This document shows positions 23,233 through 37,800 of a DNA stretch of 64,000 nt, in pieces. The DNA lies in the NCBI GenBank assembly GCA_963514005.1, contig OY740816.1, positions 15,748,001-15,812,000 on the forward strand, read 5' to 3'. The notes beneath the pieces are model-generated. The model made no database searches. It was not told where the DNA came from and worked only from the letters and a program-made list of their open reading frames with translations. The position numbers and the translations under genes were made by a program. The number at the start of each line of letters is the position of its first letter. Positions within the stretch are counted from its first letter, which is position 1. The DNA comes from Raja brachyura. Lineage: Eukaryota.

Positions 23233-24649
23233 CTGAAATTTGAAGAACATATGTACGGAAATTATTTCGTTTTGGCTACAGTTCCCGTTGTTGTACTTCA
23301 GTATTCCGTGTAAGATCTGTGTCTGAATTCCATATAATCTAACCACTTCTGTTTCTGCTACTGCCATCTGGATCTCACTGTTACCTGCCATTTTAATTCC
23401 TCTTTCATTTCCCACAAAGGCTGGTTTCTCTTCGGCCTCCTTCACTGCCAAGGTGCGTCCAAACGCAAACGAGAGGAATATCACATCATATTCCACATGG
23501 GTACCTGCAAACTATCATCGGGAAATCATGAATTCTCCAATTGCAGATAATGCCCACCCTCCAGTGTTCCTTTCCATCTCCTATCTATCCTGGTTCTCTC
23601 ACACCCAGTATGTTTTATCACGATGCTCCCGATTCCGATCACCCTATCCTCTGTCCCGTATCCTATGTGCACATTGCCAACTCACACACTCCACCCATTG
23701 GATTCACTCGCCCTCATTTCTTAACCACCCTTTCCTTGTGTTCTTACTATCTGTCCACCACCTCTATTCGTCGGCTTCACTCTCCCGCTTAATTTCCAAT
23801 CAGGGTCGGAAACTGCACCCTTTTGTTCTCCACTTGCCACCTCCCAGCCTCTAGTGCTATCTTCACCTTCCCACCTCAGCCGACGCTTATCTACCAGCCA
23901 AACCCTCTTCACCTGTATCCATCTATTGCATGCTGGCTCTTGACCCACAATTTACCTCTCTATCTGGACTGCCTGCTTCCCCTTGGCTCATTGACAAGTT
24001 GAAGTATCTGTATACGAATCCCCGTTTCCCACCACAGATGATGCACGACTATCTCGATTTCTCCAGCTGCTCTTCTTTATTGCTTTCAGCATCTGCAGTG
24101 TCTTGTTGCTTTATTTCTGCTTCTTGCCGTTGGGCTCCAGTGGCACTATCATAGTTTCAGAACCTGAAGGGTCAATACACATTCCCGCAAAGATGTGCTT
24201 CCACATAATGTACTAGAGCAACACAGGATGGAACTTGTCCCGTTGACCCAATCTGTCCATGCTGACCATGATGGTGGAATCCCCCCCGCATTTGGCCCAT
24301 ATATCTCCAGACTTTTCCTATCAATGTACCTGTCCAAATGTTGTTATTGTACCGGCCTCGACTACTGGCAGCTCGTTCCACATACCACCCACCCTCATGT
24401 GAACATGTAGACCCTCAGCTTCTGTTAACCTTTCCCTTCCCACGTAAAATCTTTAGTTCTAGATTTCCCTAGCTCGGAAAAACGACACCGTGCATTCATC
24501 CTATCTATTTCTCTCATGGTTTTGTGCATCTTTGTACACATTATACAAATCTGAAGCATTGATTTCTCAATGCAGAGTTAAAACTATGTCGTATTAACTT
24601 CCCTTCTGGAGTAAGTCACTCGAAAATGCACTCGAGCTTGCAGGTCAAC

Positions 24650-25408
24650 CCCAACAACGTTGCTGGTGGACTTTGGGAGGAGAGGAATGCCCCTGTCCCC
24701 TGTCTCCATCAATGGTGTGGATGTGCAGTTTACCAAGGTGTGCAAATACCTTGGAGTTTATCTGGACTGTAAACTGGACTGGTCCAGGAAAACTGAGGCC
24801 CTATACAAGAAACGACAGAGCCGCCTGCACATTTTGAGAAGGCACCGCTCCTTCAACGTCTGCAGTAAGATGCTGCAGATGTTCTACTATTCGGTGGTAT
24901 TCAGTACCACCCCCTTCGCTGTCGTGTGCTGGGGCAGCAGGGCGAAAGCTGCGGACGCCAACACGATCAACAAACTCGTCGGGAAGGCCTACTCCGTCCT
25001 GGGGGCGGAGTTGGACTCATGGGATGTGTTCTTGGAGGAGAGGATGGTCCTCAGACTGCGAAGCATCTTGGACTATACAGCTCACCACCTTCATGATACA
25101 CTGGTTAACCAGAGGAGTACATTCAACAACAGCCTGGTTCCACCCAGGTGCAGTATAGAACGCCACACGAGATCATTTTCCCTGTGGCTATCAAACTGTA
25201 CCGTACCCTATATGCCCATTCGCTACCCACCGCCCTCCCCCTTCAGTCGTGTGGTACACTGACTCCCCTCCCCCCACCCACATCCCCAATCTTTGCACAC
25301 CCACAATCCTTTCCACTCGTCACTTTAATTTCATGTATCTTATGTTTTATGACTGTTGTCAGATCAATTTCCCTCATGGGATAAATAACGTTCCATCCTA
25401 TGGTATCG
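24650..25408 (+). mobile_element. Rex1/Babar-type LINE 3' fragment (copies at 31770-32485, 39358-39588, 56010-56727)
   Basis: LVDF...KYLGVYLDCKLDWS...LYKKxQSRL..LRR.RSFNVC.KMLQMFY, the RT C-terminal region typical of Rex1/Babar; (tatcg)n tail. Confidence 0.75.
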
Positions 25409-26469
25409 TAAAATTAGTTGCATTTATTTGCCGATTTCCAGTGAAAGGTGGGTGGTGGTGGGGTTCAGTTGTGGTTATCAGTTGGAAGGTCTTTGGTCCT
25501 GAAATGAATTGTAAGAAGTAGCGAGGGGAGTGCACTGTTTTTACCTCCATCTATTTCTAAGCCTAGACTGTTTCTTGTGCGACAAGCATGGGTACGGATC
25601 GTTTCCAAATACGCAGAGGAACATTGTAAGCATTGATTTCTGGGTGTTGATGTTTTCACGACAGTGTGACGCCAGTGAATTTGCTTCGAACTCTCTCTTG
25701 GTAGTAATATCTCTTCTGAAATGGTTCACTTAAAAGCCACCGGCCTGCAGACATACCGTACATCAGCATTGTTTTGTCCAGGACTGTACCTTGATATGGC
25801 ATTCAGTATCTGCGGCGATTGCATTAAGTGTGCTCTCAAGCTCCATTTTGAGAATTGTCACATTCGAGTGACAGTAATCTTACACTGCAGAGAAATGTCA
25901 ATGTCAAGTGCAAATTTCACTTTTTGCATCAAGTGAAATAATCTGAAATATCTACGTTAATTTACATTAACTTACTGATATAATGAAAAACCAAGGAGGC
26001 GGGGCAAGTTTGAAAGAGACATGCATGAGTTTTAATTCAGAAAGTTTACCAAAGCAACGCTTGTTAAATAATGACATGGCATGTGTATGTAACGAGCCAC
26101 AACGTGCTGGAGTAACTCAGCGGGTCAGGGAGCGTCTCTAGAGAAGTGATTTGATAGACCAGTCCAAAGAAGGGGGTCGGCTCGACTCGAAACGGCACCT
26201 ACTCAAGTTCTCCCAAGATGCTACCTGAGAGATGCAGTTACTCCAACACTTAGTGGCTCGTTTTATAATCCAGTATATGTAGTTGTTTATGCCTCTAGAT
26301 CACGTGACCAACTTGTTTAATTCTTGTTTTCAATGCACAATGCGCACACACTTCAGTTTTCCCCACATCAACTCCATCTCTGGAGTGTAGAAACCTCCCG
26401 CCATTCCACCGGAGAAAGCGATGTTCCTCTGATTCGCGCTGAATTGCTCGAAAGTCAGACGAAAACATA

Positions 26470-26940
26470 ATGCTAAGATCAACTAATTTCGTTTGCCTGC
26501 ATACGACCCATCTCCATCAATTCCCTGCTTACGCATGTGATAATCTGACATCTTCTCAAAGGCCACTATCATATTAGCCCATACCACCACACTGTCAACG
26601 TGTTCTAGGCACTCACCACTCATGTATAAATGACTTGTCCCACACATCTGATGTAAACTTTGCCCCTTTCATCTTAATTCTAAACCCTTTGGTCTTTGAC
26701 ATTTCCTTCCTTAGTAAAAGGTTCTGACTATAAACACTATCCACATCTCTCATAATATTATTTACTTCTGGCAGATCTCCCCTCAATCTCAGGCTCTCCA
26801 GTGAAATTAGACAAGGCTGTCCAACTTCTCATTAGAGCTAATATCCTCTAATCCAACAGCATTCTGGGAATCCTCTCCAAAGCTTCCCCACCCTTAGTAC
26901 AATTGTGCGACCAGTTCTGCATGCAATATTTCAAATGTAG
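26470..26940 (-). mobile_element. Old CR1-type LINE 3' fragment (copies ~33515-33990 and ~57750-58225)
   Basis: The paralogous ORF 57919-58245 reads HLKYCMQFWS...LGLFSLERLRLRGDL...SKTKGLSFK. Confidence 0.7.
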
Positions 26941-27781
26941 ATCATCAGGCCTATCTGAGTACAGTTTTTGTACAACCCCACGCGTTTCTCTCTTCAGCTT
27001 TGCAAGCTGATATTTATCCAGTTCCTGTATTTAATACCACAAGTACCAGGCTCCACACTTCAGTTTCCAATCACAAGCTGCGCAACATTTCTTCCTATTT
27101 TCCCTCTTGAATTCACTTCCGCTTTAAGTTACACTGGTGACCTCTGGTCCTGAACAGGCTAACATAACACTACCCACTTTACACTGAACTGCCATTTTTT
27201 AAAATTCAGTTGCAAATTTTCTCTTATCAAAAGAATTTAGCTCATTGAATCGGTTGCATTCTCCGTGGAAAGTACAAAAGGAAATCCCACGGGATGTCTC
27301 ACACAGTTATATGCGCTGCTTAACTGATAAACGATGTTACCACATTTGGTGCAATGGAGTACAGAATCGATGGAATGAAGTGCACAACACATAGGACTGG
27401 ATTACACAGCTAACAAGGGGCGATGCGTTGTATTGAGGAGGAAACCATGTAGAATAATGTGGCATTGTGAGGACTGAGAAAGTAATCGATAGAAGAAGCG
27501 AATGTCATCCTGGGATTCCACTATATTATCTAAAAAATATATAATTATGTATATTATGAAATTGGTCAGTTTGCGATATATTTAATCCTGGAGCTTGCAT
27601 GCCGGAGCAAGCAGTATGACAGAGAATGCCTCTATGCCTATAATATAAAATTCAAGTTAGAAATGGGATAGATAGATATAATAATTATTCAAATTGGAAG
27701 TCATTGCTAACTGGAGTAAAGATAGCATGGACGGTTGCAAACCATGCTGAGGGAAATCAAACTGATTATTAAGTAATATAA

Positions 27782-30378
27782 TGGACCGTCAGCCCAGAGA
27801 CATTAGGTTAGACGAACAAGTTACCAATATCTGACTATGGGAGTGTGCAGGGGGTCACCTGAAATTAACGGAATTGGGAGTCTGCCGTGTACCAGCCGTT
27901 GCGTGCAGACCTGCCACCTTGCCCCCCCCCCCCCCCAAGGGAGCACAAAAAGGTCCTAAATAGATGGGTAAACTACTACTTAAATCTACCACCATGGTGT
28001 GCTCGCTGTCAGCCTATATCAGCAACACAAACGGCAGACATTTTTGTCCCCTGCAAAATGCCCGTCAGACCCCCCACAAAGGGCCTGAAAAATGGGCTAG
28101 CATATAGACGAGCAAGGTACCACTCAAAATCATGCCAAATGGACAAGTTGAGTTCATAGAGTACAAAGTGGGTTAGGCCAGACCAATAGTCCGCTGCGAT
28201 ACAGCTACCAGATACCCCAAAAATGGACACCTGCTGTCCAACTAGGCTAGCCTAGATATTGTGGGAACCAGCAAAAACCAAGTTTAAGTAATCTATCACA
28301 CCTTGGGGAATATAAAATGACCAATTATAGAACATTTATCCGCTGTCTTGGGTCTACGAGACGCGCTAAATGGGCACCTGGGCCCATGTAAGATAGCCTA
28401 GATATTAAAGGTTCCAGCTAAAACCTGGCGGTGATGATCAATCACAGCCTAGGAAATACAAAATCATCCATGCCAGAATAATAATCCATTGCCTTGGTCC
28501 TACAAGACTCCCCAAACAGTCCCTTAATTGCCCAACAGGGCGGAGTTGAGGGACTGATAGGCACAAGGCATTCTCCAAGGTGTGATTGATCATTTAAAGC
28601 AAACATTTAGCCCGATGGCAAATATGTGGTCCAAAATTGACACGTTGGTCCCAAGCTCATATGTATAAAGCACAATGTATTTTAAACGTTTATTATTAAT
28701 ATACTGTGTATGGAATGATTCATTAACGTATAGCAGACATTTGTTAACCATACCCCAAAGGAAATTTTCCTTCGTTATGTTACATACTTAAATTATACCT
28801 TATAAATTCGAAAGATATTAACTCCAAATTGTGTACAGTAGTTGGAAGATACCCAATAAGATGTTCGCTAAACTTATTTGTGTGAAATGTTGTTAAACTA
28901 CAATAATCATTTCAGTTTTCTAACATTATTGAGAGATCAAAATCTCGAGGTCGCCATGATAAGTGTATTTGAGGTTAGAGGACACATGTACGAAAAATGA
29001 AAAGTTTCTTATGGCAAAAATAGAAAATGATTTCAGCTTTTGAAAGAAAATGTAAATGATTACTGTACCATCAGTTGTGGAAGTTGTTTTGGATTTTTTT
29101 TCAAGCAAAACCTCACCTCATTTACAAAGAAAAATTGAAGTGATATGATAACCTAAGACTAGATTTGCAGCTGTTCGTACTTTGTATTTTGGTCTTTCAA
29201 AGGGACTATATATTGCTAAAACCACACAGTCATTAGACTAAAGCTCACTGGCATTTTAAGATGCGTCCAAAAACTGCTTCATCAGGTCATTTACCCGGTT
29301 TACCCTAAATCTTGATTTACCAAATGAACAAAAATTGCTTAATGAAATTAAATTACATGACTTTCTGAAGGTGGTTTGGGCATTACGAAACAATAACTTT
29401 TCTTCCAGTTCACATATTCTGTAATTCAACATGTTTACCTGAGAATAATTCTGAAAAGAAAACTCGGTCTGCCGTTAAGCAGTTGTTAGATATGGCGATT
29501 AAAAAAAAAAACAGTTTGCGCAAAAAGCAGCCTGAAGTTACCATTAGCAAAATTGGCGAAACGTGAACAGCTGGGACATATTTTGCAATGAGAAAAAAAT
29601 TAGCAGAGACAGCTGTGCATGTTTTACATCTCATTTTTCATTGTCCGAGTCATCGTTCTATTCCGGTCCACAACTTGTGTCATCTATGTCAAGTGTATCT
29701 TTTGTGACCTCGGTGTGTCCGTCGTCTTCAGTATTGTCACTCACAGAAACATCTTCACAGATATTGTCTGGTACTGCAGGTCCGGGAAACCTATCGGGCA
29801 TGTAATGTCCATTTTCATCCTTCCATCCATACTGCAGTGGATCCATATCTTGATCTGGTTTATGGCAGGTAGATCGTTTAAACTTGGTTTAAACTTGTAC
29901 CCACAATATCGAGGCTAGCCTAGTTGGACTGCAGGGTCCAGTGTGTTCATTTTTGGGGTGTCTGGTACCTGTAGTGCTGCGGACTATTTGTCTGACCTAA
30001 CCCATTTTGTACTCTGAATTCAACTTGTTCATTTGGCATTATTTTTGTGTTGTACATTGCTCGTCTCTATGCTAGCCCGTTATTAGGCCCTTTGTGGTGT
30101 GTCCGGTGCGCCATTGGCAGCGGGAAAATGTGTGCCGTTGGTGTTGTTGATACAAACGCGGCAGCGAGCACACCATGGTAGTGGATTGAAGTGGTACCTC
30201 ACTCATCTATTTAGCACCCATTTTTTGGTCCATTCGGTGGGTCGCCAAGGTATGCACGCTACGGGTGGTACCCGGCAGACTCCCATTTCCGTTCATTTCA
30301 AGTGACCTCCTGCGCACTCCCATAGTTAGATATTCGTACCTAGTTCGTCTAACCTAATGTCTCTGGGCTGACGGTCTA
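27782..30378 (-). mobile_element. Non-autonomous long-TIR DNA transposon, probably Academ superfamily, copy 1
   Basis: Ends T(G)GACCGTCAGCCCAGAGACATTAGG... and ...CCTAATGTCTCTGGGCTGACGGTCTA; ~500-bp imperfect inverted repeats (27782-28296 / 29870-30378); internal remnant DPLQYGWKDENGHYMP..FPGP plus acidic tail. The superfamily is inferred. Confidence 0.75.
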
Positions 30379-33300
30379 AAACCCATGCGGTCACTGGGAG
30401 AACGTACAAACTCCCTTCTGACAAGCACACGTTGTCGGGATCGAACCCGGATCTGTGCAAGCGCTGCGAGGCAGCAGCTCTGCCACTGCGCCACCCCCCC
30501 CCTACATGATATGGACCTGGCTTCGGATTTTCCGGCTGATGTCCAACTCCAGGGTCAGGTGCACCGGGAGTTTCACGCAGCTCCAGGATCTCCATGTTCT
30601 CAACTTGATGACCTCCTGAACTTTGAAAAACATATGAGCGAAATTTATTTGGTTTTGGCTGCAGTTCCCCATGTTGCACTTTAGTATTCCGTTTAAGATC
30701 TGGGTCTGAATTCCATATAATCTAACCACTTCTGTTTCTGCTACTGCTGTCTGGATCTCACGGTTGCCAGCCATTTTAATTCCTCTTTCATTTCCCACAG
30801 AGACAGATCTCTCTTCGGCCCCCTTTCACTGCCAAGGTGCGTCCAAACGCGAACGAGAGGAATATCACATAATATTCCTGCAAACTATCGGCGGGAAATC
30901 ATGAATTCTCCAATTGCAGATAATGCCCACCACCCGGTGTCTCTTTCCATCTCCTCATATCTATCCTGGTTCTCTCACACCCAGTATGTTTTTATCACAA
31001 TGCGCCCGACCCCGATCACCCTATCCTCTGTCCCGTACCCCATGTGCACATTGCCTACCCACACACTCAACCCATTGGATTCACTGGCCCTCTTTTCTTA
31101 CGCACTCCTTTTTGTTCTTACTATCTGTCCACCACCTCTATTTGTCGGCTTCAATCTGCCGCTTCATTTCGTATCAGGTTCGGAATCTGCACCCGTGTGT
31201 TCTCCACTTGCCACCTCCCAGTCTCTAGTGCTATCTTCACCTTTCCCACCTCAGCTAACACATATCTACCAGTCAAGCCCACTTCACCTGTATCCATCTA
31301 TTGCATGCTGGCTCTTGCCCCATAATTTACCTCCCTATCTAGACTACCTACTTCCCTTCGGCTCATTGACGTTGAACTATCTGCATCCGATTCCCCGTTT
31401 CCCGTCACAGATGCTCCCCGACCAGCTCAATGTCTCCAGCAGCTCTACTTTATTGCTTTCATCATCTCAGTGTCTTGTTGCTCAACATCTGCCTCTTGCC
31501 GTTGGGCTCCAGTGGCCCTATCATAGTTCCCGAGCCTGAAGGATCAATACACCTTTCCCTTCCCGTGTAATATCTTTAGTTCTCGATTCCCCTACCTCGG
31601 GAAAACTACACCGTGATTTCATCATATCTATTTCTCTCACGGTTTTGTGCATCTTTATACACATTATACAAATCTGAAGCATTGATTTCTAAATGCTGAG
31701 TTAATACTCTGTCGTATTAACTTCCCTTCTGGAGTAAGTCACTCGAAACCCAGTCGAGCTTGCAGGTCAATACCGACAAAGTTGCTGGTGGACTTCAGGA
31801 GGAGAGGAACACCCCTGTCCCCTGTCTCCATCAATAATGTGGATGTGTAGTTTACCAAGAGGAACAACTACATTGGAGTTTATCTGGACAGTAAACTGGA
31901 CTGGTCCAGGAACGCTGAGGCCCTGTACAAGAAGGGACGGAGTCGGCTGTACTTTTTGAGAAGGCTCCGCTCCTTCAACGTCTGCAGTAAGATGCTGCCG
32001 ATGTTCTACTAATCGGTGGTAGTCAGTGCCAACCCCTTCGCTGTCGTGTGCTGGGGCAGCAGGGCGAAAGCTGCGGACGCCAACAGGATTAACAAAGTCA
32101 TCAGGAAGACCGGTTCCGTCCTGGGGGCGGAGTTGGATGCCATGGGAGCTGGTTTTGAAGAGCATCTTGGAAATACAGCTCACCCCCTCCATGACACACT
32201 AGTCAACCTGAGGAGTACATACAGCAACACACTGGTTCCACCAAGATGCTGTATAGAACGCCACAGTAGATCCTTTTTTCCTGTCGCTATCAAACTGTGC
32301 AACTCCCCCCCTTTCTGCCGTGGGGTACATTGACTCATCTGCGCCCACCCCCATCCCCCTCCCCAATCTTTACACATTCCTAATCCTTTCCACTCGTCTC
32401 ATTAATTTAATTTATCTTCTGTTTTACGACTGTTGTCAGATCAATTACCCTCCTGGGATGAATAAATGTCCATCGTATCGTATCGTCAAAATATCTGCAT
32501 AAATTTGTCGATTTCCTGTTAAAGGTGGGTGGGGGTTCAGTTGTGGTTATTAGTTGGAAGGTCTTTGGCCCTGAAATGAATTGTAAGAAGTAACGAGGGG
32601 AGAGCACTGTTTTCACCTGCATCTATTTCTAAGCCTAGACTCTTTCTTGCGCAACAAGCATGGGGATGGATCATTTCCAAATGGGCAGGGAAACATTGTA
32701 AGCATTTTTTTTGATGTTGCTTTTTGCACGGCGGAGTGACGCCAGTGAATTTGCTTCGAACTCTCTCTTGGCTGTAACATCTCTTCTGGAATGGTTCACT
32801 TAAAAGCCACCGGCCTGCAGCTTTTTTTTTGTCCACGACTGTACCTTGATATGGCATTCAGTATCTGCGGCGATTGCATTAAGTTTGCTCTCAAGCTCCA
32901 TTCTGAGCATTATCACATTCCAGTGACAGTAATCTTACACTGCAGATAAATGTCAATAGTAGCTTTTGGATCTAGTGAAATGACCTGAAATATCTACATT
33001 AATTTTCATTAACTTACTGATATAATGTAAAATCAAGGCAGGGGGTAAGTTTGAAAGAGACATGCATGAGTTTTAATTCAGAAAGTTTATCTAAGCAACG
33101 CTTGACAAAAAATGAAATGGCATGTGTATGTAACGAGAGACAAAGTGCTGGAGTAACTCAGCGGGTCAGGCAGCATCTCTAGAGAAGTGGTTTGACAGAC
33201 CAGTCTAGAGAAGGGGGTCGGCTCGACTCGAAACGACATCGACTCAAGTTCTCCCAAGATGCTACCTGACGAGATGCAGTTACTCCAACACTTAGTGGCT

Positions 33301-34801
33301 CGTTTTATAATCCAGTATATGTAGTTGTTTGTGCCTCTCGATCACGTGACCAACTTGTTCAATTCTTGTTTTCAATGCACAATGCGCACCCACTTCAGTA
33401 TTCCCCACATTAACTCCATCTCTGGAGTGTAGAAACCTCCCGCCATTTCACCGGAGAAAGCAATGTTGCCCTGATTCGCGCTGTATCGTCCGATAGTCAG
33501 ACGAAAAACATAATGAACTAAGTTCGTTTGCCTACAGTTGACCAATGTCCATCCATTCCCTACTTGCGCATGTGATAATATAAAACCTTCTTAAACGCCA
33601 CTATCATATTTGCCCCAACCATCACACCGGGCAACGTGTTCTAGGCACTCATACTCATGTATAATTGACTTGTCCCACACATCTGATGTAAACTTTGCCC
33701 CTTTCATCTTAATGCTGAGCCCTTTGGTCTTTGACATTTCCATCCTGAGTAAAAGGTTCAGACTATCAGCACTATCCACATCTCTAATAATATTATTTAC
33801 TTCTAGCAGGTCTCCCCTCAATCTCAGGCTCTCCAGTGAAATTAGCCAAGGCTGTCCAATTTCTCATGAAAGCTAACACCCTCTGATCCAGACAGCATTC
33901 TGGGACAGCATTCTGGGAATCCTCTCCAAAGCTTCCCCACCCTTAGTACAATTGTACGACCAGTTCTGCATGCAATATTTCAAATGTAGATCGTCAGGCC
34001 TATCTGAGCACAGTTTTTGTACCACCCCACGCGTTTTCTCTCTTCAGCTTTGCAAGCCATTCTTCGCCAGATATTTATCCAGTTCCTGTATTTAAAACCA
34101 CAAGTACCAGGCTCCACAATTCAATTTCCAATCACAAGTTGCGCAATATTTCTTCCTCTTTGCCTCTTGAATTCACTTCCCCTTTAAGTTACACTTGTGA
34201 ACTCTGGTCCTGAACAGGCTAACATAGCACTTCCCACTTTACACTGAACTGAACCGTCATCTTTTAAAATTCAATTGCAAATGTTCTCTTATCAAAATAA
34301 CTTGGCTCATTGAATCGGTTGCATTCTCCGTGGAAAGTACAAGGGAATCCCTCGGGATGACTCGCACATTTGGTGCAATGGAGTACAGAATCGATGGAAT
34401 GAAGTGCACAACACATAGGACTGGATTACACAGCTAACAAAGGGTGGTGCATTGTATTGAGGAGGAAACCATGTAGAATAATGTGGCATTGTGAGGACTG
34501 AGAAAATAATCGATAGAAGAAGCGAATTTCACCCTGGGATTCCACTATATTATCTAAAAAATATGTAATTCTGTATATTATGAAATTCGTCCGTTTGCAA
34601 TATATTTAACCCTAAAGCTTGCAAGCTGGAGCAGTATGACAGAGAATGCCTCTATGCCTATCATATAAAATTCACGTTAGAGATGGGATAGATAGATTTA
34701 AGAATTATTTATATTGGAAGTCATTGCTAACTGGAGTAAAGATAACATGGATGGTTGTAAACCATGATGAGGGAAATCAAACTGATCATTAAGTAACATA
34801 A
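30379..34801 (+). repeat. Block X copy 2
   Basis: Starts mid-SINE (aaacccatgcgg = 22995) and ends at the same transposon junction as copy 1. Confidence 0.9.
30517..30615 (-). other. Duplicated 99-nt gene B cytoplasmic exon (alternative exon or pseudo-exon)
   Basis: AG/GT, ATG and frame are retained: MEILELRETPGAPDPGVGHQPENPKP. Confidence 0.5.
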
Positions 34802-37800
34802 TAGACCGTCAGGCCATATACATTAGGTTAGACGAACTAGATACCAATGTCTGACTTTTGGAGTGTGCACGGGGTCACCTGCAAGGGAATTGGGAGTCTG
34901 CCGTGTACCAGCCGTTGCATGTAAACCTGCCCCTCCCCCCCAAGGGAGCACAAAATAGGTGCTAAATAGATGGGTGACTTAAATCTACCACCATAGTGTG
35001 CTCACTGTCATGCCTATATCAACAACACAAACGGCAGACATTTTTGTCCCCTGCCAAAGGCCCGCCAGACCCCACACAAAGGGCCTAAAAAATGGGCTAG
35101 CACATAGACGAGCAAGGTACCACACAAAATAGTGCCAAATAAACAAGTTGAGTTCATATAATACAAATAGTCAATAGAGAATGCAATACAGCTACCAGAC
35201 ACCACAGAAATGGACACCTGCTGTACAATTATGCTAGCCTGGATATTGTGGGTACCGCTAAAACCAGGTTTAAATGATCTATCACACCTTGGGGGATATA
35301 AAATGACAAGTAACAGAACATTTATCCGCTGCGTTGGGCCAACCGAACCCCCAAGTTTGGTCAAAAGCACATTTGTATAAATCCCAATGTAATTTTAAAG
35401 TTTATTATTAATATACTTGTGTAAGGAATGATTCATAAAGAATAGCAGACACAAATGTTAACCATATCCCGAAGGAATATTTCTTTCGTTATGTTACATA
35501 GTTAAATTAAACCATTAAATTCGAAAGATATTAACTCCAAATTGTGTAACAATAGTTGGAATATAACCAAGAAGACGTTCGCTAAAGTTATTTGTGTGAA
35601 ACGCTGTTAAACTACAATAATCATTTCACATTTCAAGCATTATTGGAAGATCAACATCTCGAGGTCGTCATGATATCTGAATTTGAGCTTAGAGGACACC
35701 TGTACGAAAAATGAAACGTTTCTTATGGCGAAAATAGAAAATCATTTCAGCTTTTGAAAGAAAATGTAAATGATTACTGTACCATCGGTTGTGCAAGTTG
35801 TTTTGGAATTTTTATCAAGCAAAACCTCACATCATTTACAAATAAAAATTGAAGTGATATAATGACCTAAGACTAGATATGCAGCTGTTGGTTCTTTGAA
35901 TTTTGTTCTTTCAAAGGGACTATATATTGCTAAAAAGACACAGACATTTGAGTAAAGCTCACTGGCATTTTAAGATGCGTCCAAAAACTGCTTCATTTAC
36001 CCGGTTTACCCTAAATCCTGATTTACAAAATGAACAAAAATTGCTTAATGAAATTAAATTACATGACTTTCTGAAGGTGACTTGGGCATTACGAAACAAT
36101 AATTTTTCTTCCAGTTCACATATTCTGTACTTCAACATATTTACCTGAGAATAATTCTGAAAAGAAAACTGGGTCTGCAGTTATGCAGTTCATAGATATG
36201 GCGATTTCAAAACAAACAGTATGCACAAAAAGGTCAGCAGTTGCCATTTGCAAAATTGGCAAGATGTGAACAGCTGGGACATATTTTGCCATAAGAAAAA
36301 ATTAGCAGACAGACAGCAGTGCATGTTTTTCATCTCATTTTCATTGTCCGAGTCATTGTTCTATTCTGATCCATAACTTGTGTCATCAATGTCAAGTGTA
36401 TCTTCTATGTTCTCGGTGTGTCCGTCGTCTTCAGTATTCTCACTCACAGAAACATCTTCAAAGACATTGTCTGGTACTGCAGGTGCTGGAAACCTACCGG
36501 GCATGTAATGTCCATTTTCATCCTTCCATCCACACTGCAGTGGACCAAGTCTTGATCTGGTTTGTGGCAGGTGAAAACACAATCAACTTAATCTTGGAAT
36601 GGTAAATCATCATTACAGTTTACAGGACCCTCCATGTACATTGTCTTACTAGTAGTACTAGCTAGGTTCGGTAATTTGCCGAGGATAATATTAGCCTGAA
36701 CTGTACCAAAAAGCCTTTAATGGGAGAACAATGTGGACTAAAAATACTCTCCTTCAAAGCTTGTTCCTCCATTTGCATGCAGAAAACTTAAAAAACGTAT
36801 GTCATCTACGTATTTTTTTATTGGTTTGGTTCAAGGCGGTAAATCTATCAAACATCAATAACAAATTATCAGTTTATGAATCACTAAAAATTAACATTAT
36901 TGTAGCAATTATCTTCTTGATCTGTGATATAAAGTAAGTAAATATTGCAAATGTTCCACTGTGTTATATGGTAGGTAAATATTGGAAATATTTCAAAATT
37001 CATACTTACAATTTTAAACAAGAGACTGAATGTAATGAATCTAAGCTATAGAACAAGTATCTTCAAACTATTTGCTGACCATGCCACAGATAAATCATCC
37101 TATACTGGCACAAATTGAATCTAACAATAAACAGCATTATTGAGTTTAATATTTTAAGCATACACTCAATGCATTACTACTGATATTGCAATTATGTCCA
37201 TACTATAGGATGTCTGATATGGCTTTCCGTAGTTTTTCTTAAAGACGGGAGATGACCGTAAGCTTATCAAATTAAAGTCCATCCCTATTTAGGATAAATC
37301 ACCATCCAATAATATAGTATTTTGGCTTAAATTATATTTAGGCCTACATGGCATAGGTTATTGCACAAATTCCACAGGGTTTTTATATGGACTTGCTGAT
37401 ACATGATCCTAACCATGTGTCAGTCATTGTACCTCTCTGCAGGCCACGTGCTCTGGGCATTGCCCCATGGCACTGGTTTCAACGTAAATTATCAACTGAA
37501 AACTATAACTGAATCATGCATGATCTCACTGCATTATAGCCGCAAACTACAATTATGTAGCAAAATAAAACAACTTACCTTAAACAGCTGTAAACAGTGA
37601 TTCTTTACTGCAAAAACTCCCATCCTATCCGATGCTGATATATTGTTTGGCTGCAGCTAAGGAGAGCTTGTCACCGCATTTAGCCAAATGGCCAAATATA
37701 TATAAAGCCAAATAGGACACTCCAACAAATTATACCAGCTATTAGCCTCTTCCTCTTTCCTCATTGAAATGGGTTGTTGTAAAAATGGTCGATAAAGTGG

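Larger units (their letters stand above)
22995..27781 (+). repeat. Segmental duplication block X, copy 1 (5' module of gene B)
   Basis: Collinear similarity to 30379-34801, 38355-39980 (partial, shuffled) and 53742-58520. Confidence 0.9.

Noticed and set aside
25620-25745. Possible further 5' exon of gene B within block X
   Set aside because: Acceptor-like sites exist, but the frame and donor are not conserved across copies.
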